From the NCBI GenBank assembly GCA_046260175.1, contig JBHEPS010000003.1, positions 20,944 to 65,288 on the forward strand: a DNA stretch of 44,345 nt, written 5' to 3'. The notes under the pieces were generated by a model. The model saw only the letters and a list, made by a program, of their open reading frames with translations. It was not told where the DNA came from and did not search any database. This DNA is from Thermoanaerobaculia bacterium (GTDB lineage Bacteria > Acidobacteriota > Thermoanaerobaculia > Gp7-AA8). The position numbers and the translations under genes were made by a program. Below are positions 27,399 to 38,148 of this stretch, piece by piece (the stretch's first letter is position 1; each line of letters opens with the position of its first letter).

Positions 27399-28139
27399 TC
27401 ACGCACGCGCCAGGACGATGGCTCGGACCGCGGCGGCACCTTCCTTCCGGAGCGCAGCCGCACACGCCCGGAGCGTCGCTCCGGTCGTGCAGACGTCGTC
27501 GACCAGCAGCACGTCCGCCCCCTCGACCCCGGGCCGAGCGAGAAAGGCCCGGCTGAGGCCCGTCAGGCGCTCGGCGCGGCTCCGTCTCGCCTGCGGCGGG
27601 GTGTTGCGCAGCTTCCGAAGCAGACGCGTCTCGACCGTGAGCCCCGTTCGCCGGCCGAAGGCGCGCGCGAGCAGTTCCGCCTGGTTGAAGCCGCGATCGC
27701 GCTGCCTCGCCGGATGGAGCGGCACCGGCAACGCAAGGTCGGCTCCGCTCGAGAAGTCGAGGCACCATGCCTCGTGGAGCAGCTCGGACAGGGGGTCCGC
27801 GAGGAAATGATGACCCCGGTATTTGAGCGCCTGGATCGCTGCCTCGAGCGGCCCTGCGTAGCTTCCCCAAGCGCGGATGACCTCGACCGGGTCGTCCTCG
27901 CGCCCGAGGCACTCGAGGCAGAGTGACGCCGGGAACGCGTCGGACTGGCGGCGGCTGAAGGAGCAGCGGACGCACGCGTCTGCGGCGAGCCTCCGCATCG
28001 ACCGCCAGCATTCCCCGCAGCAGGAGCCCCGGCGGTCAATCCAGGGAAGCGCCCGCTCACAGGAAATGCAGGGCGAGGGCAGAACGATCCGCGCCGCTGC
28101 TCGTCCCAGATACGACAGGCTCATCGACCATGCGGACAT
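27399..28139 (-). CDS. comF: ComF-family phosphoribosyltransferase-like protein
   Basis: N-terminal CxxC pairs, 'PVPLH', 'RGFNQA', 'LVDDVCTTGAT'. Confidence 0.9.
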   Translation of the reverse strand: MSAWSMSLSYLGRAAARIVLPSPCISCERALPWIDRRGSCCGECWRSMRRLAADACVRCSFSRRQSDAFPASLCLECLGREDDPVEVIRAWGSYAGPLEAAIQALKYRGHHFLADPLSELLHEAWCLDFSSGADLALPVPLHPARQRDRGFNQAELLARAFGRRTGLTVETRLLRKLRNTPPQARRSRAERLTGLSRAFLARPGVEGADVLLVDDVCTTGATLRACAAALRKEGAAAVRAIVLARA

Positions 28140-28202
28140 TCTTCCGATTCTAGAGCGTGGCCATCCACCGTCCCTCGGGGCGCGAAAGGACCTCAGATGC
28201 AA

Positions 28203-28231
28203 TTGAAAGCCACCCGGCCAAGCCGTATAGT
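28203..28231 (+). promoter_or_regulatory. sigma70 promoter for a leaderless transcript
   Basis: TTGAAA-N17-TATAGT, 7 nt before ATG 28239, no SD. Confidence 0.7.
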
Positions 28232-28238
28232 GACCGCC

Positions 28239-28754
28239 ATGAAACGCGGTCTACTTCTGGCGGCCCTCCTTCTCGTTCCTTCCTTCGCCCTCGCTCAGCC
28301 TTTCGAGTTCGGAATCCTCGGCGGGAAGGCTGAATCGATGGAGGACGGATTCGACTTCGACTTCGACCAGAGTCTGATCGAGGTCTTTTTCGCCGCGCGG
28401 GTCGACGAGGCGACGATGTTCCGCATCAAACTCGGCGATACCGACATGCCCTTCACCACCGATGGGGACCCGGTCAGCGATGGTTCCCTCCAGTATGTAA
28501 CCGGCGAAATCGAGTACCAGTCCCATGAGATCTGGGGACGATCGGGAATCTTCGCCGGGCCGGGCGTTTACCGGGGCAAGTCCAGCTCTGCGGACGTGGA
28601 AGAGACGGCCTTCGGCCTGGTCGGGGGGGTCAACACCTCCGTCGCTCTGACGCGGCGTATCGACATCCTCGTGGAGCTCGCCTACCACTGGACGACGTTC
28701 GAAGAAGACTACACGTTCATCACGGCCGCTGCCGGCCTGAAAATGTCCTTCTGA
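28239..28754 (+). CDS. Small outer-membrane beta-barrel protein
   Basis: Signal peptide, alternating beta-strand pattern, C-terminal Phe ('AGLKMSF'). Confidence 0.75.
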   Translation: MKRGLLLAALLLVPSFALAQPFEFGILGGKAESMEDGFDFDFDQSLIEVFFAARVDEATMFRIKLGDTDMPFTTDGDPVSDGSLQYVTGEIEYQSHEIWGRSGIFAGPGVYRGKSSSADVEETAFGLVGGVNTSVALTRRIDILVELAYHWTTFEEDYTFITAAAGLKMSF

Positions 28755-28770
28755 GCGTGGACCGATAACG

Positions 28771-29004
28771 ATGAGCGACTCGCGGTCGGCGAAGGATGGT
28801 GTGCGATGGGGCCTGCTTTTCGGCCTCGCTCTCATGCTTCTCGCCGAGTATGCGGTCGTGAAGTTCTTCCTGGCCCATTCCGGGCGGTACGAGAGGATCG
28901 AGGACTATATCCAGGTCAGCCTCGTCCTGACGTTCGCGACCGTATGCGCGGCCATCGGGATTCGCTACGCGATGATGCTCGCCGGCGACCTGCGACGACG
29001 TTAA
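28771..29004 (+). CDS. Small two-TM membrane protein
   Basis: Two hydrophobic helices; co-oriented directly after the OMP gene. Confidence 0.55.
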   Translation: MSDSRSAKDGVRWGLLFGLALMLLAEYAVVKFFLAHSGRYERIEDYIQVSLVLTFATVCAAIGIRYAMMLAGDLRRR

Positions 29005-29060
29005 CGAACCTACACAGCGGTTCCCTGGTACACGTCGACTTCCATCGGAATCGTGTGGCC

Positions 29061-29208
29061 GGGGCCAGGAAAGACAAAAGCAAATTCGCCTTGAACCCTC
29101 GCGACCTCCTCTTGGCGCCCGCCCCTCCGGCCTTTGCTTTTCCTAGTCCCTAGTCCCTAGCCCCTAGTCCCTGCTCTTCGCCCCTAGTCCCTGGTCCCTG
29201 CTCTTCGC
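29061..29208. repeat. Second, more degenerate copy of the heptamer-repeat element
   Basis: GGGGCCAGGAAAG..AAAAGCAAA ... TTTGCTTTTCC(TAGYCCC)x4; shares 'TTGCTTTTCCTAG' with position 26238. Confidence 0.85.
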
Positions 29209-29239
29209 TATACTCGAAGGCGCCCGTTCGCAACCGCCT

Positions 29240-32074
29240 ATGCCATCTCCCGCCTTCGTTCCGGGAACGATCCTCGGCGACTACCGGCTGATCGAGCCTG
29301 TTGGAGCCCGTTCCGGGGTTTTGTGGATCGCCGAGCGTATCGACTCGGCGCAGAAGGTTTCGCTTCGCATTTTTCCACGCAGCCTTCCGCCCGACACGGC
29401 GCGGAAAACGGCAGTGCTCGGAGCGATCGGTTCGAAGCTCCCCATCGAACATCCCTCCATCGTCTCGATCCGGGCCGCCTCGGCCCACGAAGACGCTCTC
29501 CTGATCGAGATGGCCTCCACGTCGGGACCACTGCTCGCCTCTTTCACCGAGCCGTTCAATGCAGTCGAGCTCGTTCCCCTGGCCGCCTCGCTCGTCGCGG
29601 CACTCGGAGCCCTTCACTCGAAGGGGGTCGTTCACGGGACCCTCAGCCCATCGCGGGTGCAGAAAGTGGGCGACCGATGGATGGTCGCCGACATGAGTCC
29701 TTCCTCTCTCCTCGGCCGCCCGGATCGGGGTGAAGCACGCCTTCTCGCAGCGACCGACGCAACCTCCGCCGACGAACTTCGATGGCGCGCTCCCGAACAG
29801 CTCTCCAACCAGCGCCTCGACCGCCGATCCGACATCTTCACGCTCGGCGCGATTCTCTACCGCGCCGCCACCGGGATCGACACGTTCGCCGGACGGACAC
29901 CGGAGGAAACGGTCACGGCGGTCCTTGAAGCGAGTCCTCGCCCGCCGCAGGAGCTCAATCCTGGATTGCCCCCCCCGCTCGTGGCTCTGATCGGTGCCTG
30001 TCTTCGGAAAGATCCCGCCAGGCGTCCGCAAACGGCTGCGGTCCTGATGGACGAGCTGGCGCGGATGGATCCCGGGGTGAGGAGCTTTTCGGCTCGAATC
30101 TCGAGCACGCAGGACACGGTCTTTCTCGTAGCCGAGATTCCTTACATCCAAATACTCGAGCGATCGCAGCCCCGGAAGGCGATGCGGAACTCGGCCAGGA
30201 TGCAGCAGTTCGTGAGCGAAGCCGTTCTGCTCGTCGACGGCCAGGTTCTCGACTCCCTCGGCAACCGCATCATCGCGACGCTTCCGAGCCCGGAAGCCGC
30301 GTTGAGCGCCGTCAGGCAGACGGCCGATGCGGTCGTGGAGCACAACGAAACGGCCGATCCCGACGACGTCATTGAGCCGGCGATGCTCGTTCACCGCGGC
30401 GCCGTCGTGATGGAAGGGGCCACCGCGCGAGGGCGAGAGCTGGAAGTCGCCCAGAGAGTTCTTCCGTCTCTGGAGCCGGGACAGGTTCTGATCTCCGCCT
30501 CCGTCCTGCGCGACACTGAGCTCGACGGAAGGCTATCGAAAGCGGGCGTGATCGAGGGGATCGAGTTTCACGCGCTCTCGCCGTTCTCGAAACCCGAACC
30601 TGCCACCCTCCCCCCCGACCCGGGTCCGCCAGCGGGACCGCCAGCCGAAAGCGCTCGCCCCGCGCCAGCCCGGACCTTCTCTACCGTGATGGTCGGAGCC
30701 GTAGCGATCATCGCGATTGCAGTTCTCGGAGCCGCCGCGATCTTCCTTTTCCGAGGGAGCTCGGAGCCGGCGGGGGCCGCCGCGTCCGTGGCTCCGACCG
30801 CAGCCTCCGAGGCTCAGTCATCCGTCGGGCCGATCGTGTTCCTCGGATCGTTCACCGAAGGAGTCGAGCAGCCGGAGATGATCGCGCGCGCCGCGGCGAT
30901 CGAAGCAGCCGTCCGGAGAATGCTCGCGAGCGTCCCGGAGTTGCGCATGGCGGAGAGCCCCTCTTCCGAAGCCCGACGGTACGGAGCGAGAGCGGCGGAG
31001 GGTGAACCCGACCTGGTCGCATTCAGCAGCGACGGCGAAGGGCCGCGCGTTCCGCTGGCCGATCCCGCTGCCGCCACAGCCGCGCTCGCGGCATGGATTG
31101 CCGAGCATGCGGGTGTGCCCGCCCCCGGCGGCGGCCCGGAAGCGATCGCCCCCTTCATCGAAGCCATCCAGCAGTTCGAGGCCGGCAATGTTCCCCAGGC
31201 CGTGGTATCACTGCGGCGCTCGACCGCAATCGATCCCGACTTTCCCGCCGCTCAGATATTCGCATTCGAGATCTCTTCTCGCTCCGGCGACATCCCCTCC
31301 GCCCTCGTCGCTGGCGAGGCGATTCTCCGGACCAGGCCGGCAGATCACGCCGTGCGCGCGAGCCTGTTCGGCTGGTATCGCTCATCGCGCGATATTTCCA
31401 ACGCGATCCGCCACGCGGTGGTCCTCGGCGAGAACGATCAAGGCGGGGCCGAAGTGCTGCGATTCCTGGCTCGGCGGGCCTTGAGCGCGGGCGACGAGGC
31501 CGCCTTCCGAGCCCTTCTCCCGCGCCTCGAAACGCTGGAGGGATCGAGCTCCTCGCTTCACCATCCCGATATCCTCGCGGCGCAGGGACGTTTCGCGAAT
31601 GCCGCCCAGCAGTACTACCAGATCGAGCCGAACCAGCCCGAGAACCCGTGGCTCGCGTTCAAGATCGGGCGCATCGCGATCATGCGACACTCGACGTCCG
31701 TCACCGAGCTCGAGATCGAAAAGCTCGCGCGGCTCGAGCCGCGGATTCTCCATCCCCTTCTCGAGGCCTATCTCGCCGCAGGCCGCCGCGACCGCGCCGG
31801 CGCGGCTGCTGCCCTCGAGAAGGCGGCGGCGAACGCCACTCCGGACGACGCGATCCACACCGCGAGTGCCGAGATCTGGGCGATTCTCACGGATCACCGT
31901 CAAATCGTGGCATCGCTCCGCCGCGCTATCGAGGCCCGCGAGCCCACCTGCACTTCGATCCTCTCGAACCCGCTGTTCGCCTATCTCTCCGAGGACAGCG
32001 ATTTCCGCCCCGTGCGGACCGAGATCATCAGGTGCCAGAGTGAGACGCTCGAGGCGCTCGCCGGCGTGCGATGA
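29240..32074 (+). CDS. Membrane protein: Ser/Thr pseudokinase + class III cyclase-like domain + TM + TPR-like region
   Basis: 'APEQ' and 'RSDIFTLGAILY' retained; catalytic motifs altered; TM 'VMVGAVAIIAIAVLGAAAIFLF'; helical repeat C-terminus. Confidence 0.8.
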   Translation: MPSPAFVPGTILGDYRLIEPVGARSGVLWIAERIDSAQKVSLRIFPRSLPPDTARKTAVLGAIGSKLPIEHPSIVSIRAASAHEDALLIEMASTSGPLLASFTEPFNAVELVPLAASLVAALGALHSKGVVHGTLSPSRVQKVGDRWMVADMSPSSLLGRPDRGEARLLAATDATSADELRWRAPEQLSNQRLDRRSDIFTLGAILYRAATGIDTFAGRTPEETVTAVLEASPRPPQELNPGLPPPLVALIGACLRKDPARRPQTAAVLMDELARMDPGVRSFSARISSTQDTVFLVAEIPYIQILERSQPRKAMRNSARMQQFVSEAVLLVDGQVLDSLGNRIIATLPSPEAALSAVRQTADAVVEHNETADPDDVIEPAMLVHRGAVVMEGATARGRELEVAQRVLPSLEPGQVLISASVLRDTELDGRLSKAGVIEGIEFHALSPFSKPEPATLPPDPGPPAGPPAESARPAPARTFSTVMVGAVAIIAIAVLGAAAIFLFRGSSEPAGAAASVAPTAASEAQSSVGPIVFLGSFTEGVEQPEMIARAAAIEAAVRRMLASVPELRMAESPSSEARRYGARAAEGEPDLVAFSSDGEGPRVPLADPAAATAALAAWIAEHAGVPAPGGGPEAIAPFIEAIQQFEAGNVPQAVVSLRRSTAIDPDFPAAQIFAFEISSRSGDIPSALVAGEAILRTRPADHAVRASLFGWYRSSRDISNAIRHAVVLGENDQGGAEVLRFLARRALSAGDEAAFRALLPRLETLEGSSSSLHHPDILAAQGRFANAAQQYYQIEPNQPENPWLAFKIGRIAIMRHSTSVTELEIEKLARLEPRILHPLLEAYLAAGRRDRAGAAAALEKAAANATPDDAIHTASAEIWAILTDHRQIVASLRRAIEAREPTCTSILSNPLFAYLSEDSDFRPVRTEIIRCQSETLEALAGVR

Positions 32075-32161
32075 ACAGTCACCAAAATCGTCCCTTCGTC
32101 CGCTTTCGGACTAATTTCGCACCCTTCGGTGCGATTCCGGCAGTCGAAATCGCCTGAGGGA

Positions 32162-32177
32162 TGGCAGTCTGCTTGCT
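32162..32177 (+). promoter_or_regulatory. sigma54-like -24/-12 promoter
   Basis: TGGCAG-TCTGC-TTGCT, near-consensus. Confidence 0.6.
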
Positions 32178-32182
32178 ATTGG

Positions 32183-32599
32183 ATGAGCACGATGCATGAC
32201 TCTCCGCGCACGGTCCTGATCTGTGAAGATGACGAAACGATCCGCCTCATGATGACGAGGGCGCTCGAGCGCGCCGGTTACGCCGTCGAATCCGTTTCGA
32301 ACGGGCGGGAGGCGATCAGCCGATTGGATGTGGATACCTTCGACCTGATCGTCCTCGACCTGATGATGCCCGACGTCGACGGCTTCGAGGTGGCACGTTA
32401 CCTTTCCGAGCATGCACCGCGGCGGCTGAAGCGGGTCGTCGTGACGACGGCCATCCCCCCTTCAATGATGGGACGGCTGCCGGCCGGAATCTGCACCGTG
32501 CTTCCCAAGCCATTCGACATTCAGGATTTCCTCTCTCACGCCAGAGAATGCTCCGATGACACGCTCACCCGTGGGCGGAAAGCGGAGGCCTCCGCGTGA
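32183..32599 (+). CDS. Stand-alone response regulator (receiver domain)
   Basis: 'VLICEDD', 'DLIVLDLMMPDVDG', 'KPFD'; start at ATG 32183 or 32192. Confidence 0.9.
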   Translation: MSTMHDSPRTVLICEDDETIRLMMTRALERAGYAVESVSNGREAISRLDVDTFDLIVLDLMMPDVDGFEVARYLSEHAPRRLKRVVVTTAIPPSMMGRLPAGICTVLPKPFDIQDFLSHARECSDDTLTRGRKAEASA

Positions 32600-33567
32600 G
32601 CCAGGCGATCCGGGTTCACGAGCCGGGAGGCCCCGAGGTTCTTCGTCTCGAGGAGGTCGCGCCCCCGCAACCCGCCGCGGGTGAAGTCCGGATTCGAATC
32701 AAGGCCGCCGGGGTGAATTTCATCGACGTCTATCACCGGACGGGACGATATCCGGGAGTGATGCCGATGACACCTGGACTCGAGGGGGCCGGCACGGTGG
32801 AAGAAGTGGGACCGGGAGTTTCGGACCTGGCCAGGGGGGACCGTGTGGCCTGGTCGAGCGTGAGCGGAAGCTACGCCGAATGGATCGCCGCGCCGGCCGA
32901 CAAGGTCATCCGAATACCCGAAGGGATGGACGAGAGGACTGCCGCTGCCGCGATGCTGCAGGGAATGACGGCGCATTATCTCGCTCACTCGACCTATCCG
33001 ATCCGTCGGGGAGAGACGGTCCTCATTCACGCGGCTGCCGGCGGAGTGGGGCTCCTGCTCGTCCAGATGGCGCGGCGGCTCGGGGCCCGCGTGATCGGGA
33101 CGGTCTCGACGGACGAGAAGGCCGAACTGGCCCGCGAGGCGGGGGCCGACGAGGTAATCCTCTACACGAAGACATCTTTCAAGGATGAGGTGCTGAGGCT
33201 GACCGAAGGCGCCGGCGTGCACGTCGTGTACGACTCGGTCGGTCGCTCGACCTTTCTGGACGGATTGGACGTGCTTCGTCCACTCGGCATGATGGTCCTT
33301 TTCGGCGCCTCCAGTGGCCCGGTCGAGCCGGTCGATCCGCTGGTTCTGTCGCAGAAGGGGTCCCTGTTCCTCACCCGCCCGAAGCTGTTCGACTACACCG
33401 CTGACCGCGCGAGCCTGGTCGACCGCGCGGGGGACGTGCTGGAGTGGATCGCCGACGGAACCCTCTCTCTGAGGATCGAACGGACCTACCCGCTTGCGGA
33501 CGCCGCCGAGGCCCATTCGGACCTCGAGGGAAGAAAAACGACCGGTAAGTTGCTTCTATTACCGTAA
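32596..33567 (+). CDS. qor: NADPH:quinone oxidoreductase (zeta-crystallin/MDR family)
   Basis: 'AGVNFID', 'LQGMTAHYL', 'HAAAGGVG', 'KGSLFLTRP', 'RKTTGKLLL'. Confidence 0.93.
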   Translation: MSQAIRVHEPGGPEVLRLEEVAPPQPAAGEVRIRIKAAGVNFIDVYHRTGRYPGVMPMTPGLEGAGTVEEVGPGVSDLARGDRVAWSSVSGSYAEWIAAPADKVIRIPEGMDERTAAAAMLQGMTAHYLAHSTYPIRRGETVLIHAAAGGVGLLLVQMARRLGARVIGTVSTDEKAELAREAGADEVILYTKTSFKDEVLRLTEGAGVHVVYDSVGRSTFLDGLDVLRPLGMMVLFGASSGPVEPVDPLVLSQKGSLFLTRPKLFDYTADRASLVDRAGDVLEWIADGTLSLRIERTYPLADAAEAHSDLEGRKTTGKLLLLP

Positions 33568-33634
33568 CTTCAAAGAGGCCCTCATCCGGGCTGAGGTCAG
33601 GACCGAGCCCGGTCCGACTCTTCCAATCGCGTGA

Positions 33635-35152
<1,518 letters not shown>

Positions 35153-35172
35153 CCGGCTCGAATCAAACGGAG

Positions 35173-35204
35173 AAGGAGGCCGCTCGCGCGGTCTCCTTTT
35201 TTTT
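35173..35204 (+). terminator. Intrinsic terminator after tpl
   Basis: AAGGAGGCCGC-tcgc-GCGGTCTCCTT followed by a T-tract. Confidence 0.85.
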
Positions 35205-35226
35205 GCCAGCTATAATTGCGATTCAC

Positions 35227-36279
35227 GTGACCAAAGGTAAGTCCCGAAACAAGATCAGAATCGATCCTCGAGCAATCGAGGATTTCGATGACGATCCCCA
35301 GGCCGATTACGAGGATCCCAAAACCCGCGGGCCCAAGACTCTCGCCCGGAAGGGGGAGGCCGAGGGGACGACGGTTTCCGGAATGGTCGTCGGGATCTGG
35401 GCGAAGGGGTGCGAGGTCGTGGTCGAGGGGGAGCTGCTCGACTGCGTGTTCTCCCCGGCCGTAAAGCTCGATGACGAGAACGACCTGGCCGTCGGCGACC
35501 GCGTCAACGTCCGGCGCGAGCCCGGCCGCAACGTGGTCACTTCGATCGAAGAGCGCTCCACCCTGCTCTCACGCCCCGACCCGCTTCACAAGCACCGCGA
35601 ACGGGTGATCGCGACCAATATCGATCTCGTCGTTCACGTCGCTTCGGTCATCGAGCCTCCTCTTCGCGCCGGGCTCGTCGACCGCTTCCTGATCGCCATT
35701 CAGCGCGGCGGCGCGGCGCCGCTGGTGGTCGTCAACAAGATCGACCTCGCGCCGTCGGATCTCCGGGAGGATCTCCTTTCCCCGCTCGAACCGTGCCGGG
35801 CGATCGGGATCCCGATTCTTCTCCTCTCGACCAAGACCGGAGAAGGACTCGAGGAATTGCGCCAGCGGCTGCTCGGGCGGACCTCCGTCTTCGCCGGGCA
35901 CAGCGGCGTCGGAAAATCCTCCATCATCCGGGCATTGAAGCCCGAGGTGACGATCCGCGTCGGAGGAATCAGCGCGAAACGGGGAACCGGCCGCCACACC
36001 ACGACGCGGGTCACGCTCTACGAGCTCGGGAGTGAAACTCGGGTCATCGATACGCCTGGAATCCGGGAGTTCGGCCTGTGGCAGGTCGACCCGGGGGAGC
36101 TCCGCTTCTACTTTCCCGAGTTCGAGCCTCTGGCCGTCAAATGCCGGTTCAACGACTGCCTCCACATCGAAGAGCCGGATTGCGCCATCAAACCCGAGGT
36201 CGAGCGCGAAACGATCAGCCCCGAACGTTACGCGAGCTACGTGAAGATCGTCGAGGAGCTTCGCGGCGAGAGTGAATGA
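35227..36279 (+). CDS. rsgA: Ribosome small subunit-dependent GTPase A
   Basis: 'AVGD', 'NKID', 'GHSGVGKSS', 'GRHTT', 'DTPG', Zn site 'CRFNDCLHIEEPDC'. Confidence 0.95.
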   Translation: MTKGKSRNKIRIDPRAIEDFDDDPQADYEDPKTRGPKTLARKGEAEGTTVSGMVVGIWAKGCEVVVEGELLDCVFSPAVKLDDENDLAVGDRVNVRREPGRNVVTSIEERSTLLSRPDPLHKHRERVIATNIDLVVHVASVIEPPLRAGLVDRFLIAIQRGGAAPLVVVNKIDLAPSDLREDLLSPLEPCRAIGIPILLLSTKTGEGLEELRQRLLGRTSVFAGHSGVGKSSIIRALKPEVTIRVGGISAKRGTGRHTTTRVTLYELGSETRVIDTPGIREFGLWQVDPGELRFYFPEFEPLAVKCRFNDCLHIEEPDCAIKPEVERETISPERYASYVKIVEELRGESE

Positions 36280-36320
36280 GGGCACTTGAATCGCTTCCGA
36301 TCCGGTACAATCCAGCGCCG

Positions 36321-36926
36321 ATGAAAGACCCCGCCAGACTCCCTCTTCCCGCCTTCCTTCTCCTGAGCTTTCTCCTCGGACTTGCGGCCTGCCAGAGCAC
36401 CGCCCCCGTGGTGGAGCCCGAGACGCCCGGCGAAACGATCGCGGTCGTCGCGGATGCGCCGGAGACGCCGATCGGGATGGCGCGGGTGACGGCAACGAGC
36501 CTCAACGTCCGCTCGGGCCCCTCGACCTCGGACGCGATCGTCGCCTCGGTCCGGCGCAACCAGCGCGTGACTCTCCTGAGCAGGAACGGCGCATGGGCCC
36601 GGATCAGGGTCGCCTCCGGTGAGCCCGGCTGGGTCGCCGCACGCTATCTGCGCGAAGAGAAAGGCTGCTCTCCAGACCGTGATTTCGAAGTGGTCGAGGC
36701 GGCGCCGCTCACGTTCAGCGACTCGGGCGCGAAAGGCTCCGTCATTGTCGAAGCAACCGTCGGCGGGGACGGCGTCGTGGACTCAACGAAAATCATCTCC
36801 AACGAGACGGGCGACGGGGCTCTGGCCGAGCTCGCGGCTCTCGAAGTGTCGAAGATGCGGTTCAGAGCACCGGTCCGAAACTGCGTCGAGCGGAAGTTCA
36901 TCTACACTTACCGGCGCACGTTCTAA
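36321..36926 (+). CDS. Lipoprotein with a bacterial SH3 domain and a TonB C-terminal-like domain
   Basis: Lipobox 'LAAC'; 'LNVRSGP...GWV...YL'; 'GSVIVEATVGGDG.V...MRFRAP'. Confidence 0.78.
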   Translation: MKDPARLPLPAFLLLSFLLGLAACQSTAPVVEPETPGETIAVVADAPETPIGMARVTATSLNVRSGPSTSDAIVASVRRNQRVTLLSRNGAWARIRVASGEPGWVAARYLREEKGCSPDRDFEVVEAAPLTFSDSGAKGSVIVEATVGGDGVVDSTKIISNETGDGALAELAALEVSKMRFRAPVRNCVERKFIYTYRRTF

Positions 36927-38065
36927 TCCAGCGACTCGACGGTCTCGCGGAATCGCACACCCCGCTGCTCCAGCCCGCGCACGAGACGATCGTAGACGCG
37001 GTCGTCGGGGGCGAACTTCTCGGGTGGAATGACCCCCGGCTCCCTGTAGTCGCCGCTGGCGAGAAGCCGCGCCATGATGGCGCAGGGGAAGCCCGTGGTC
37101 CGAGCCATCGAGGTCTCACCCGTCGCGGAGTCGGTAACATCGAACAGGTCGTACGAGTAGCGCAGATTTTTTCCACCGGCGGAGCCGGTCACGACCACTC
37201 TCAGAACCGTCAGCTCGCGCTCGTTCTCCGGCCGCCTCCAGGCGCGGAAGAGAAGTTTCTCGGTCAGCTCGCGGGGAACGACCTGCACTCCACCGACCTT
37301 TTCGGGCGTGTCGTCGAAAAATCCGGTCTCGCGCAGCATCCGCATCCGGTCGACGTGGCCAGGGTAACGAAGCGTCTTCTCCCGCATGTTGCGCGCCGGG
37401 ATGGTATCGATCAGGGTCCGAAGGCCATCCGTGTTGAAGGCCTCGAGCGTTCCGACGCCCTCGAAATCGAGAAGCTCAGCTTCCGACAGGGCCGGACGGA
37501 CCACGACCCTGCCATCGACCACCATCCGGGCGGGGCGGGTGTACTCCTCGATAACGTCCGTAGGAGAGAAAACGCTCCTGTACTCGAACGGCCAGTGGCG
37601 CTCGAGCGGAAGCCCTCCGACGTAGATCACTGCCTCGTCCACACGGTCGAGCTTCGAGGCGGCCCGTCCCACGGCTACGTTCGACAACCCTGGCGAGACA
37701 CCGCAATCGACGATGACGGTCACGCCGCGGGCTCTCGCCGAGTCATGAAGGCTCAGCGGATTCTCGGGCGAGAAGGAGATGTCGCTGATCGGCTTCCCCG
37801 CCGCGATGACCGTTTCGAGCATTGCGAGCCCCATTCGGCCCGGAACGGCGCCGACGACCGCGTCGGCATCGGCAATCGCACCGGTCACCCCATCGCGGCT
37901 CGAAAGGTCGGCTTTCGAGACGGAGACCCGCGGGAGATCTGTCACCCGCGCGAGGTTCTGCTCCGAAAAATCGAAGACGCGTACCTCGAGCGATGGATCC
38001 GAAGAAAGATCCCGCACGATCACTCCACCGACGAGACCTGAGCCGAGAACCGCGATTCGCTTCAT
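36923..38065 (-). CDS. Saccharopine dehydrogenase / lysine 6-dehydrogenase family protein
   Basis: 'VLGSGLVG', 'DCGVSPGLSN', 'VGGLP', 'KTLRYPGH', 'SMARTTG'. Confidence 0.88.
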   Translation of the reverse strand: MKRIAVLGSGLVGGVIVRDLSSDPSLEVRVFDFSEQNLARVTDLPRVSVSKADLSSRDGVTGAIADADAVVGAVPGRMGLAMLETVIAAGKPISDISFSPENPLSLHDSARARGVTVIVDCGVSPGLSNVAVGRAASKLDRVDEAVIYVGGLPLERHWPFEYRSVFSPTDVIEEYTRPARMVVDGRVVVRPALSEAELLDFEGVGTLEAFNTDGLRTLIDTIPARNMREKTLRYPGHVDRMRMLRETGFFDDTPEKVGGVQVVPRELTEKLLFRAWRRPENERELTVLRVVVTGSAGGKNLRYSYDLFDVTDSATGETSMARTTGFPCAIMARLLASGDYREPGVIPPEKFAPDDRVYDRLVRGLEQRGVRFRETVESLD

Positions 38066-38148
38066 GACGCGCATGCTATTGCCGCGCGGCTTCGAAATTC
38101 AAGAGAAGCGCTCACGCGCATTCAGGCGCCGGTGCGTCGGGATCAGGA

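Noticed and set aside
32098-32156. Three short hairpins as an ncRNA
   Set aside because: Short GC-rich stems with no recognisable family; they could equally be terminator or enhancer palindromes
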